Source: Clostridia bacterium
Lineage (GTDB): Bacteria > Bacillota > Clostridia > Oscillospirales > Acutalibacteraceae
Reading direction: 5' to 3'
Length of the DNA: 64,000 bases
Assembly: GCA_029098305.1 (NCBI GenBank)
Contig: JAQXOB010000047.1
Location: 5,101 to 69,100, forward strand
Translations under genes and position numbers: made by a program
The notes under the pieces: generated by a model
The model's database searches: none
What the model was told of the DNA's origin: nothing
Seen by the model: only the letters and a program-made list of their open reading frames with translations
Shown here: piece after piece, positions 48,701 through 55,775 of the stretch
How the letters are laid out: each line of letters begins with the position of its first letter
Position numbering within the stretch: the stretch's first letter is position 1

Positions 48701-49333
48701 TACAAAAGACTCTAAGCTACTACAACCACCAAAGTTATTATCACCAATAGTTTTTATATTATTTCCAAGTGTTACAGTTTTCAAACTGGTGCATCCACCA
48801 AACATAGCATTTGGCAATGCAGTAAGACCGTCACCTATTACAAAGGAAACCAATTTTTGACAGCCACCAAACAAACTGTCTGATAATGTTGTAACACCGT
48901 TACCCATGTCAACAGACACTAAACCAGTACATCCACCAAATGCACCACTACCAACCGTAGTAACAGTATCTGCAATAGTTAATGTTTCGATATTTGAACA
49001 TCCACCAAATGCCTGTGCTGCAATATCTGTGATACCGTCCTCAAATACAAGTGATGTGATATTGCCCATGTATTTACGCCAGGTTGCTTTATCGCCACTG
49101 GTGGTACCTGATGTTGCATTGGGTCCTTTTTTTACAATGAAACTTCCATCGTCATAATATTCCCATATGACACCAGTATCGTTATAGTCGCCACTCTCAA
49201 CTAAAGTTGCACCTCTGGCTTCCAAGTCTTTGACACCATTGCCAAAAACGTCTTTGATACCCTCAGCATTAACTGCTATTGCACTAGATAATGCCAGCAT
49301 TGCTACTAAGAGTATGCTGATAATTTTTTTCAT
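42791..49333 (-). CDS. Giant secreted surface protein 2 (2180 aa): four BspA-type leucine-rich-repeat cassettes, Listeria-Bacteroides-type repeats, vWA domain, shared C-terminal module
   Basis: Signal peptide ...AIAVNA. Many ~23-aa units of the type F.GC..L.S[VI].IP.SVT.IG..AF. vWA MIDAS motif VVFVLDVSGSMTG (about 44.5 kb). C-terminal ~190 aa are nearly identical to giant 3. Confidence 0.9.
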   Translation of the reverse strand: MKKIISILLVAMLALSSAIAVNAEGIKDVFGNGVKDLEARGATLVESGDYNDTGVIWEYYDDGSFIVKKGPNATSGTTSGDKATWRKYMGNITSLVFEDGITDIAAQAFGGCSNIETLTIADTVTTVGSGAFGGCTGLVSVDMGNGVTTLSDSLFGGCQKLVSFVIGDGLTALPNAMFGGCTSLKTVTLGNNIKTIGDNNFGGCSSLESFVIPDSVTSIGTNNFSGCNSLTSLTIGSGLQSIGDKLAGGAKLTSITISPQNTSFVLEDNLLLTADGKELIKATVQSTGTIPDTVETIRGYAFEYTNVTSVVIPSSVKSIGEDAFYYSDKLTSVVISDGVTTIGDGAFYGCSNLTSVEIPSSVTSIASNAFSYCSSDLVISGEPGSYAESYCNSKGITFESSTSEVKASGDYNGNLRWTLYEDGTFVLSGKGSSSGDLGNWRDYMYDITSVVYLEGITDVADYAFDGCSNIKTLTIPKTATSISFNSFNNCNGLENLNINCNLPGTAYFCNRNSLKSVTFGEGVTTISDYCFQNCSNLTLVTFPSTLTSIGSYVFYGCSNLSTATLPSKLTSIGQYAFNGCRSLESVAIPSGVTSINDGTFGSCINLTSLTIPEGVTSIGYGAFSTCPNLPSLTIPASVTNLNSGAFSSCYGLEELTINCEMTNTNYFNGISALKSLTFGPAVTKIPDYSFQSCSSLASVTIPATVTSIGRSAFYGCSNLTSATIPASVTSIGTDAFKNCSADLVVSGETNSVAESYCNANNITFKNQFGAIVSGTLENGAITWYITEEGKLVITGSGDMTDFSEYAPWYSYKSSITSIEIENGITSIGNKAFYKCTNLTSVSIPDSVTSIGSQAFAYFSGKLSIEIPDSVTSIDYGAFSYCSGEISLEIPDTVTSMGNYLFEGATGLISVRLPSSMKAIKTQQFINCKGLTSIEIPEGVTSIGDQAFKNCASLKKVIMRENVTSIGDDAFIKCPKELRVYGYYDTFAEEYCKSKGITFVPLTPVNHTVSFDANGGKFADNETVKSMTKTYGEDISLSSLTPTLSEQNFLGWSTSKYGYSQSDAEFTSVYDLDTKYDTVIYAVWEKTVVDSGETGANGNNLNWYITDDGTLYIYGKGDMSSISIQPWLSYHINDIKSVVIDNGVTNISNDAFKRCINLEKVKIPDSVTSIGSSAFEDCSSLASVDIPGSVTTIGSRAFIYCAALSSVDIEDGVTIISDNAFRSCELLKTINIPDSVTTIGNGAFHSCRSLTPLVIPDGVKSIGNTAFYGCHSLTSVEIPSSVTSIGNNAFAFCTALTSVNIPSSVTSLGVAAFAYCTALSSIDIEDGVTTIPASAFLEACSLTSIDIPDTVTTIESRAFERCTMLSSVDIPDSVTTIGSGAFGYCNTLTSIDIPESVTTISDSAFKDCSHLKSVYIYGDNTSMGATAVPDYTIVVAPKPSKAYDYCSETNTLSRFMEFGATYDITLDVNGGTLPAGTSTTITKTVGTPIASLPTPTRDNDEFIGWSTNNTLYGIFNSDILNFEVTDKLYAIWADDVAFDEVFKDSSFYYEGDNNVVEGYEDTKIGKLNGEYSNTWIKQSARWMDESKTTAEIRVDYSYALYEPKDVVFVLDVSGSMTGSKFTTMIDIVEKMSASVLTQIKGSRVAFTTFGDDLESSLDFTDDLQKILIYLNAQIAEGNTDYSAGLEQARNFIRDRKDKSRDAMLLFFSDGYPNLGNKDSNGIYGGAEATAIKALGCPISSVYLGNLGSDGREQLDAISTTPDMVYSANDESKLLDAFTSAFYSAAHPNEISISIDTARFTTSATTASGGEYGDSVVTIKDNVITWDVSKLKASTPYYITIPLQLVANPESGGPRGASETYPTSLEGNSIARVMDMARGNEVVNEVETPILSANQEEASYIRYYDGSTLLQESIIYDGATTHTLTEAPITSAEAGANVEDGLPVRSGYLFAGWYTTDLTVGTTNGTAFPETITIADYDDADGNLNLYAAWVPVGTVTKDGKDKNSYGGSSLKGFSLEGVQIRSKEVADKYQPDMSNTDQDALRFVTVYRNGMLEELQSLKGKSVSYGYTAYAKTDIANLTKLNKKTTGAVDIDCTKEGDQNHRMFGDYRLSTLVIKYDGADAAYKGDLVEARAYVDYTDANGFGRRGYHTYSDSKFAGGCRTSFDNAWSAVSNAYDKLAKIA

Positions 49334-49484
49334 AAAAAATTACCTTCCCTTCTAAAATTCTTTAAATTTTAAGGATATTTGCCAATTAATAAAAGCTTAA
49401 AAAAAACTGCCCTCCTTTACATTAGACAACCATGTCACTAGATAAAATACCTTTTTATCTAATAATCACAGTACTATTAGCATT

Positions 49485-49513
49485 ATTATACATAATGATT
49501 TATAAAATAGCAA
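49485..49513 (-). promoter_or_regulatory. Sigma-A-type promoter of giant gene 2 (TTGCTA-N17-TATAAT on minus strand)
   Basis: Plus-strand attata at 49485-49490 and tagcaa at 49508-49513 with a 17-nt spacer. A paralogous promoter lies at 55287-55315. Predicts a ~145-nt leader. Confidence 0.6.
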
Positions 49514-49630
49514 TATTATCATATTTTTATTTGTTTTTTCTATACATTTTACAAAAAAACGTGCTTTTAATAGCTTTATTTTTGTGCGGTTTTGCTAATT
49601 ATTAACCAAAACGCTTTCATGCAAAACATA

Positions 49631-49668
49631 AAAAAACAGCCCCAAGGCTTTTTATCACCTTGGGGCTG
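49631..49668 (-). terminator. Rho-independent terminator (copy 2, identical stem)
   Basis: Same cagccccaagg...ccttggggctg hairpin and T-run as at 42541-42578. Confidence 0.85.
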
Positions 49669-49697
49669 TTCATTATGAAAGATACTTATGAAAAATC

Positions 49698-49859
49698 TTA
49701 TCTCAACGCACTAAATGCTCTGAAAGCGTTATCAACGTCTACTACAGTATCTGTATCACTATCTGTTGTATCAGAACTTACATCGCCAGATGCTGCCATA
49801 ACGTCTTGTGCGAGAAGCATTTCATCTATCAATTCGGGAGTATTATATAATTTTTTCAT
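49698..49859 (-). CDS. Unannotated 53-aa acidic protein encoded immediately downstream of giant gene 3 (paralog of 42608-42769)
   Basis: Same layout: stop of giant 3 (49881-49883), 4 nt, AAGGAGGT (49869-49876), 9 nt, ATG (49857-49859). Encodes MKKLYNTPELIDEMLLAQDVMAASGDVSSDTTDSDTDTVVDVDNAFRAFSALR. Confidence 0.75.
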   Translation of the reverse strand: MKKLYNTPELIDEMLLAQDVMAASGDVSSDTTDSDTDTVVDVDNAFRAFSALR

Positions 49860-49880
49860 TGTAAAAATACCTCCTTAAAA

Positions 49881-52800
49881 TCAAGCTATTTTAGCAAGTG
49901 CGTCGTAAGCATTGCTAACTGCTTTCATAGTAGCATTGAAGCTTGTGCGGCAGCCGCCTGCGAACTTGCTGTCTGAATATGTGTGGTATCCACGACGTCC
50001 AAATCCGTTAGCGTCTGTGTAATCAACATATGCTCTTGCCTCTACAAGTGAATCCATGTATGCAGAATCTGCGCCATCATACTTGATAACGAGTGTAGAT
50101 AAGCGATAATCGCCAAACATTCTGTGGTTATGATCGCCTTCCTTTGTACAATCTACATCTTTAGCGCCACTTGTCTTATCATCAAGGCTTGTGAGAGATG
50201 ATATATTATCCTGAGCATATGCTCTATAACCATAAGATACGCTCTCGCCGTGCAAGCCCTGAAGCTCTTCGAGCATACCGTTGCGATATACTGTTACGAA
50301 ACGAAGTGCATCTTTATCAGTATTGCGGTCGCCATTCTGATACTTATCTGCTACTTCTTTGCTTCTGATCTGAACACCCTCGAGGCTAAAGCCCTTAAGT
50401 GTTGTATCTCCATAGTTGTTCTTATCTTTACCGTCCTTAGTAACTGTGCCTGTTCTTACAAAGCCTGAATAGAGGAATACAACATTTTCATATGTTGTAC
50501 CATCGATATCTGTGCTAGCTAATACATTACATGTTGAGAGATCAATCTCTTTACCAAATGCCTGAGTTGGATCTACATGGTGATTTGAGTAGCTATACTG
50601 TGATGCTTCCTTAGTCTTGAACCATCCTGCAAACAATAAATTATTATCATTATGGGATGGAACACCGTCTTTAACAAGGCCGGCATTTTGACCGTAAACA
50701 TGTGTGATTGGTGCAGATGTGAGTGTAAGAGGACTCTCTACATTCTCATCGATCTGATAGAACAACTCACCAGAATTGTTCTGGTTATTTGCATAAATTA
50801 CTGTGTAGGTTAGATCTTCTTCTTCGATTGCTTTTGAAGCATCAACAAAGATACCTGTTGCTACAACATCCTTTGCTGGCATTGTAAACTTACCATCTTT
50901 TACATATACATCATCGCTGATGTAACCGTCAAAGATATGTGTTGAAGGCACACCTGTGATTTCAGGAAGTGTAACTTCTTCGCCTGCTGCGTATACAAAT
51001 GTCTTTGTAGTTAAGTTCATGCTTGCAGGAGCGTTTCTGTAGTTTACAGTTACTGTGTAATAAACCGGAGTATCGCCTGATGTTTGGCCATCTGTTGCGA
51101 GTTTTACCCAGTTACCACGAACTACTGTATCCTTTGTGAGTGCTGGAGTTGTTGCGCCAGCCTCATATACTGTGCCGTCAATTGTCCAGCCCTGGAAGTA
51201 GTAACCTTCCACTGCTTCTGGATATGTTGCGATAGTTGTTGTGTTGTTGTATGCAACTGTAGTTGCTGTTGGCTCTGTTCCTACCTTTGCTGAAGGAACA
51301 TCTCCTGTAAACTCATAAGATACAACTACTTCTGTTGGAGTTGGTACTTCGTTTGCAGAATATGTACCAATTGCACGGAGGTTCTGATTTGGCATTGCGA
51401 ATGTTGAACCAGCCTCTGCACCACGTGCACCTCTTGGTGCTTCAATGCTGTCAAATACTTGACCATCTTCGCCATAGAAAGTCCAACCTTCGAAACGATA
51501 ACCGTCTACTGGTGTATGGTTTTCTACTGTTACAGTAGCATCAACATCATAAGAAGCTGCTGCTGGTGCAACTACACCAGATGGTACTGTACCAACATAC
51601 TGATAAGAAACGTTCTTAGGAAGGTTATCCTGATCTGCGTTCTTATCTACGTAATGATATGTTACATTACTTACCTTAACAACGTTCTGCTCCTGAATTG
51701 TTGCAGAGTTGTAGAAATCTCTGTGAAGAAGGCCATCAGGTAGAGTATCTACTGTACACTGGAATGTGATTATCATATAACCATGAGAATCGAGACCTAC
51801 AATCTTAACAACGATTGCGCCCTCAGAATCAATGCTATAATCCTTGCCGTCTTGCTTAACTATTTCGCCATGTGCCTTTGTGGTATTTTCAGGGTTTTCA
51901 GGATCATAATTTCCGAAAACTACTGCTTCTTGTGATACCTGAATAGAGTCTTCAATAAGTGTGAGGCCTTCTGGCAACTCATCTCTAATTGTAACTACAC
52001 CATGTTTAAAGTCGCTCTCTAATGAAGGAGCTCTTGGGCCCTTAATTTTAATTGTGTAGTCAATTGTAGCGCCCTCGTTTACTTGACCATACTCGATGGT
52101 CTCGCCTTCTCCACGGTCCACATCAAGAGTAGTAACTACTGCTGCATCTTTGCTATCATTAACTACTACATCAAGGTCAGCTGGTGTGTTAACAAGAGCT
52201 GTGCCGTGTGATGGTGTGTATGCAGGTGCCTCTGAAGCTAAACCCTTATAATAACTACTAAAGTTAGTTAAAAGATAATCAGGTCCATAAATGTTCTTTA
52301 AAGCAGTACATCCAGAGAAATAATTAGAGAAGCCTCCAGTGAAAACTGAAGAGGAATTTGGTGCTATAACTGTAGTAAGTGATGTACATTTATAGAACGG
52401 ACTTGCACCAATTTTATCTGATACCATAGACAGATCTATATATTCAAGTCCGGATTCAGAGAATCCATATTGTTCTATTTTGGTTGTAACTGGTGGCAAC
52501 TCAATATATTTTAATGCCTTACATTTTCCAAACATCGAATATGTTACGTAGAATGGATTTGAGTCTGTCTTACCCATTTCTATATTAACTTCTGACAAAT
52601 TTGTACAACCTACAAATAATTCACTTGCTACAGTAAGGGTTGTAACTGTTTCAGGAATAGTAATACTTGTAAGACTTGTACAATTTGCAAAAACCCTATT
52701 CCAAGGTGTTGTTACACTGGCTGGAATTGTAAATGATTCCAATGAGCTACAATTTTCAAACAATGATTGACCAAGTGTTGAAAATGTACTATTACTTCCA

Positions 52801-55136
52801 ACACCACATGTCTTCAATGAACTACAATTATAGAAAACACTGGCTCCAAGAGAGGTTATTTTTGCCTCACTCTCATTAAATGATACAAGGTTTTTGTTAT
52901 TATAAAACGCTTCATCTGCTATTGATAATGTATTACTGGAAACTATAGCAGTGCTAAGATTACAATTTTTAAATGCTTTAGCCTCAATAGTAGTTAAGCT
53001 CGGAGCATTTAAAGTTGCTAACTTCGAACAACTTTCAAATGCTGATATTCTAACTCTTGTACAATTTGGAAGTATTGCTGAAGTTAAACTTGTACATGAT
53101 CTAAATGCAGAAATTTCAACAGATGTAACTTTATCTGCATTTGGAATTGAGGTCAATGATGAGCAAAAAGTAAACCAATAATCACCTATATAACCTACAT
53201 CCTCATTAAATGTTACAGAGGTCAATGAAGTACACTCTGCAAACAAACCTTTATTCAAGGATGAGGTTACTCCTGTAATATTCGAAAGATCCATAGTTTC
53301 GAGAGAAGAACATCCAGCGAAAGGCACATAGTATTTAGAAGAATTTGGTTTCCACATTTTGGTTAATGAAGCAGGAAGCTCACATGATTTAAGATATCTA
53401 AGACCCTTAAAAACTTTTGTGGTATATGATATTGGTATAGATCCTTTACCACAATATAGAGCAAAACTGCTTCCATAAATGGTTTGTCCTTCTGGAAGAA
53501 CCTCAACTTCTGATAAATCGAGATGCTCCACATAATCTATCTCGTTAGTCCTGAACAAGCACATATCAATTTCTTGAATTTTTCCAAAGAACTGAATTGT
53601 TGTAAGTTGTGCAAGATCAATTGTTCCTGCAGTATGCAAGTTCTTTAATGTGTTTACCTCAGAATCAGCAAATGTAGCCCAAGTGTCAGTCACTCTGTTT
53701 CTTATATATAGAGTATCGCTACCTTCCAATTTATAGTCAAACTTAGTATCGCCAATTGGAAGCCAACCTGATGCTAGAGGATTAGTTGCCTTTGCTTCTA
53801 ACTCTACATTAGGTACTGTGCAGAAGTAAGACTTGAATTCTAGATCCACTGGTGGCATTTTAAATGTTTGTCCTGGATATTCAGGGAAATAATCGCTTCT
53901 AGTACAATCCCAACGTCTGAAAATAACATCGTCTGAAGGATTATCCTCTGCAATGTCAAGCAAAGTTACTGTTTCACCTGGCATATAGCCCTTGCTATCA
54001 ACCGGTGCTTCTCCGCATCCTGCGTCAACTGTATATGTAACATTGTATCTATATCTGTCTAATACAGGAGAGTCTACTCCAAGTGAACCGCCTGTATAAG
54101 AGAGAACAGCTTTTCCGTTGTTTGTTGGGAAATCACCCTCAGTTGAATCACTATGTGCAAAGGTTAACTCTGCAGAAAACATTTCTGAACCTGTCAAATC
54201 GCCTATAGTCCATTTTAATGTATTTCCAGACTCTGATACGTAACCTGAAGTTACTGACACATTAGAAATATTTGTAACATAGAAATCAGAGGATACTATG
54301 TCTGTAAGTACAACATTATTGAGGCAAGAATCAGGATCGTACTCAACCATAAGAGCACGAAGCTTTTCTGCGAATCCCTCTACAGAATCAAGTAAAGAAA
54401 TTTTATCTACTACTGCTCTAAAATCAGCAGAGAAAGCAGATCCTAGCATATACTGTAAGCCGTATACCTTACCGCCCATTGCGTTAATTGCAGATTTAAC
54501 GCTCTTTGCTGTTGCAGTACCTGCTGTTGGGAGACCATCACTGATAAATGCTACACGAATAGCATTAGTTGTATTAGTACGTGCATCAATAAGCTTCTTT
54601 GCTTCCATAAAGCCGGCACCATAGTTGGTGAGACCGTCAACTGACATTGCATCAACGGAAGCATTAAATGCAGCCAAATCATTTGTGAAATCACAAAGAG
54701 AACTTGCAGTAGAACCAAACTGTACAAGAGCAACTCTTGAACCATTATTACGATTGATAATATCTTGAGCTGTTGCTTTGATACCAGCTTTTTCCTGTGC
54801 AAGACGATCGCCTTCCATTGAGTCTGAAATATCGGCTATAAAAACAACATCAACCGGTAAATCAAGTACTGTAGGAGAAGCGTTCTTTGGAGCTATGTAA
54901 AAATCTACTCTTGCTTTTGTACGCTCCAAGTTTAACCATTCTGCATATTCTTCAATGCGTACAACATCGTTTTCGGTGTCTTTTCGATCAGCGGTTCCTC
55001 CTCTTTCAGAACCGTCGGCAGTTGTTTGAACATCATTGAGGTCTTTGTCAGCTACTTCTGCACCGGATACGCCGATACAAACGCTTGTGAGCAACAATGA
55101 CATTGTAAGAACAAGAGCCAAAATCTTCTTTTTCAT
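49881..55136 (-). CDS. Giant secreted surface protein 3 (1751 aa): N-terminal vWA domain, BspA-type LRR cassette, DUF11-like and Listeria-Bacteroides-type repeats, shared C-terminal module
   Basis: Signal peptide MKKKILALVLTMSLLLTSVCIGVSGA. MIDAS motif VVFIADISDSMEG. LRR units C.SL.S[VI]. The C-terminus matches giant 2. Start set at ATG 55136 (AAAGGAAG SD 6 nt upstream), not the track's 55142. Confidence 0.9.
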   Translation of the reverse strand: MKKKILALVLTMSLLLTSVCIGVSGAEVADKDLNDVQTTADGSERGGTADRKDTENDVVRIEEYAEWLNLERTKARVDFYIAPKNASPTVLDLPVDVVFIADISDSMEGDRLAQEKAGIKATAQDIINRNNGSRVALVQFGSTASSLCDFTNDLAAFNASVDAMSVDGLTNYGAGFMEAKKLIDARTNTTNAIRVAFISDGLPTAGTATAKSVKSAINAMGGKVYGLQYMLGSAFSADFRAVVDKISLLDSVEGFAEKLRALMVEYDPDSCLNNVVLTDIVSSDFYVTNISNVSVTSGYVSESGNTLKWTIGDLTGSEMFSAELTFAHSDSTEGDFPTNNGKAVLSYTGGSLGVDSPVLDRYRYNVTYTVDAGCGEAPVDSKGYMPGETVTLLDIAEDNPSDDVIFRRWDCTRSDYFPEYPGQTFKMPPVDLEFKSYFCTVPNVELEAKATNPLASGWLPIGDTKFDYKLEGSDTLYIRNRVTDTWATFADSEVNTLKNLHTAGTIDLAQLTTIQFFGKIQEIDMCLFRTNEIDYVEHLDLSEVEVLPEGQTIYGSSFALYCGKGSIPISYTTKVFKGLRYLKSCELPASLTKMWKPNSSKYYVPFAGCSSLETMDLSNITGVTSSLNKGLFAECTSLTSVTFNEDVGYIGDYWFTFCSSLTSIPNADKVTSVEISAFRSCTSLTSAILPNCTRVRISAFESCSKLATLNAPSLTTIEAKAFKNCNLSTAIVSSNTLSIADEAFYNNKNLVSFNESEAKITSLGASVFYNCSSLKTCGVGSNSTFSTLGQSLFENCSSLESFTIPASVTTPWNRVFANCTSLTSITIPETVTTLTVASELFVGCTNLSEVNIEMGKTDSNPFYVTYSMFGKCKALKYIELPPVTTKIEQYGFSESGLEYIDLSMVSDKIGASPFYKCTSLTTVIAPNSSSVFTGGFSNYFSGCTALKNIYGPDYLLTNFSSYYKGLASEAPAYTPSHGTALVNTPADLDVVVNDSKDAAVVTTLDVDRGEGETIEYGQVNEGATIDYTIKIKGPRAPSLESDFKHGVVTIRDELPEGLTLIEDSIQVSQEAVVFGNYDPENPENTTKAHGEIVKQDGKDYSIDSEGAIVVKIVGLDSHGYMIITFQCTVDTLPDGLLHRDFYNSATIQEQNVVKVSNVTYHYVDKNADQDNLPKNVSYQYVGTVPSGVVAPAAASYDVDATVTVENHTPVDGYRFEGWTFYGEDGQVFDSIEAPRGARGAEAGSTFAMPNQNLRAIGTYSANEVPTPTEVVVSYEFTGDVPSAKVGTEPTATTVAYNNTTTIATYPEAVEGYYFQGWTIDGTVYEAGATTPALTKDTVVRGNWVKLATDGQTSGDTPVYYTVTVNYRNAPASMNLTTKTFVYAAGEEVTLPEITGVPSTHIFDGYISDDVYVKDGKFTMPAKDVVATGIFVDASKAIEEEDLTYTVIYANNQNNSGELFYQIDENVESPLTLTSAPITHVYGQNAGLVKDGVPSHNDNNLLFAGWFKTKEASQYSYSNHHVDPTQAFGKEIDLSTCNVLASTDIDGTTYENVVFLYSGFVRTGTVTKDGKDKNNYGDTTLKGFSLEGVQIRSKEVADKYQNGDRNTDKDALRFVTVYRNGMLEELQGLHGESVSYGYRAYAQDNISSLTSLDDKTSGAKDVDCTKEGDHNHRMFGDYRLSTLVIKYDGADSAYMDSLVEARAYVDYTDANGFGRRGYHTYSDSKFAGGCRTSFNATMKAVSNAYDALAKIA

Positions 55137-55286
55137 ATACATCTTCCTTTCTAAAATTAATTAGATAAATTTTTAAGGATATTTGCTAATGATTATATTT
55201 AAAGCTGCCCTCCTTTACATTGGTCAACTGCGCCTAAAGTGAGAAAATACGCCATTTATGCTATTAAGCACAGTATTACTATGGTC

Positions 55287-55315
55287 ATTATACAAAATCA
55301 TTCATAAAATAGCAA
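55287..55315 (-). promoter_or_regulatory. Sigma-A-type promoter of giant gene 3 (TTGCTA-N17-TATAAT on minus strand)
   Basis: Plus-strand attata at 55287-55292 and tagcaa at 55310-55315 with a 17-nt spacer. Paralogous to 49485-49513. Confidence 0.6.
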
Positions 55316-55425
55316 GATTATCATATGTAGAATTATTTTTTCTACGTTTTGCACAAATTGATTGTTTTTTTATTAGGCATATTTTCGTTATAAGTTATAC
55401 TTTTTTGACTCATTCTTATCAAAAA

Positions 55426-55532
55426 CAGCTCCCTCTGACGAGGGAGCCGGTCGAGTGAAACGAGACTGAGAGAGAGAGAAAAACTGCTTTTTTGCAGGAT
55501 TTTTAGCTTTTCTCTCCCTCCGTCAAAACTTC
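55426..55532. repeat. GC-rich structured direct repeat, copy 1 (~107 bp)
   Basis: cagctccctctgacgagggagccggtcgagtgaaacgagactgagagagagagaaaaactgcttttttgcaggatttttagcttttctctccctccgtcaaaacttc. Internal hairpins include ctccct/agggag, ctgc/gcag and gagagagaaaa/ttttctctc. Confidence 0.85.
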
Positions 55533-55636
55533 CTCAGCCTCCCTTGTGTAAAGGGAGGTGGATTTTGCGAAGCAAAAGACGGAGGGATTGTAGAGTAAAT
55601 ATATCATAAAAACAACCCCTCAGTCAGCGTTGCTGA

Positions 55637-55742
55637 CAGCTCCCCTTTCACAGGGGAGCCTATCGAGCGAAACGAGACTGAGGGAGAGAAAATCTGCTTT
55701 TTTGCAGGATTTTTACCTTTTCTCTCCCTCCGTCAAAACTTC
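55637..55742. repeat. GC-rich structured direct repeat, copy 2 (~106 bp)
   Basis: Its 3' two-thirds are almost identical to copy 1 (…cgaaacgagactgagggagagaaaatctgcttttttgcaggatttttaccttttctctccctccgtcaaaacttc). gagggagagaaaa pairs perfectly with ttttctctccctc. Confidence 0.85.
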
Positions 55743-55775
55743 GTACATTTTTATTAAATTATATACATCAAATCA

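Noticed and set aside
55426-55742. CRISPR array
   Set aside because: There are only two repeat copies, each ~107 bp long. The intervening segment is itself palindromic and related in composition. No cas genes are present in the window.
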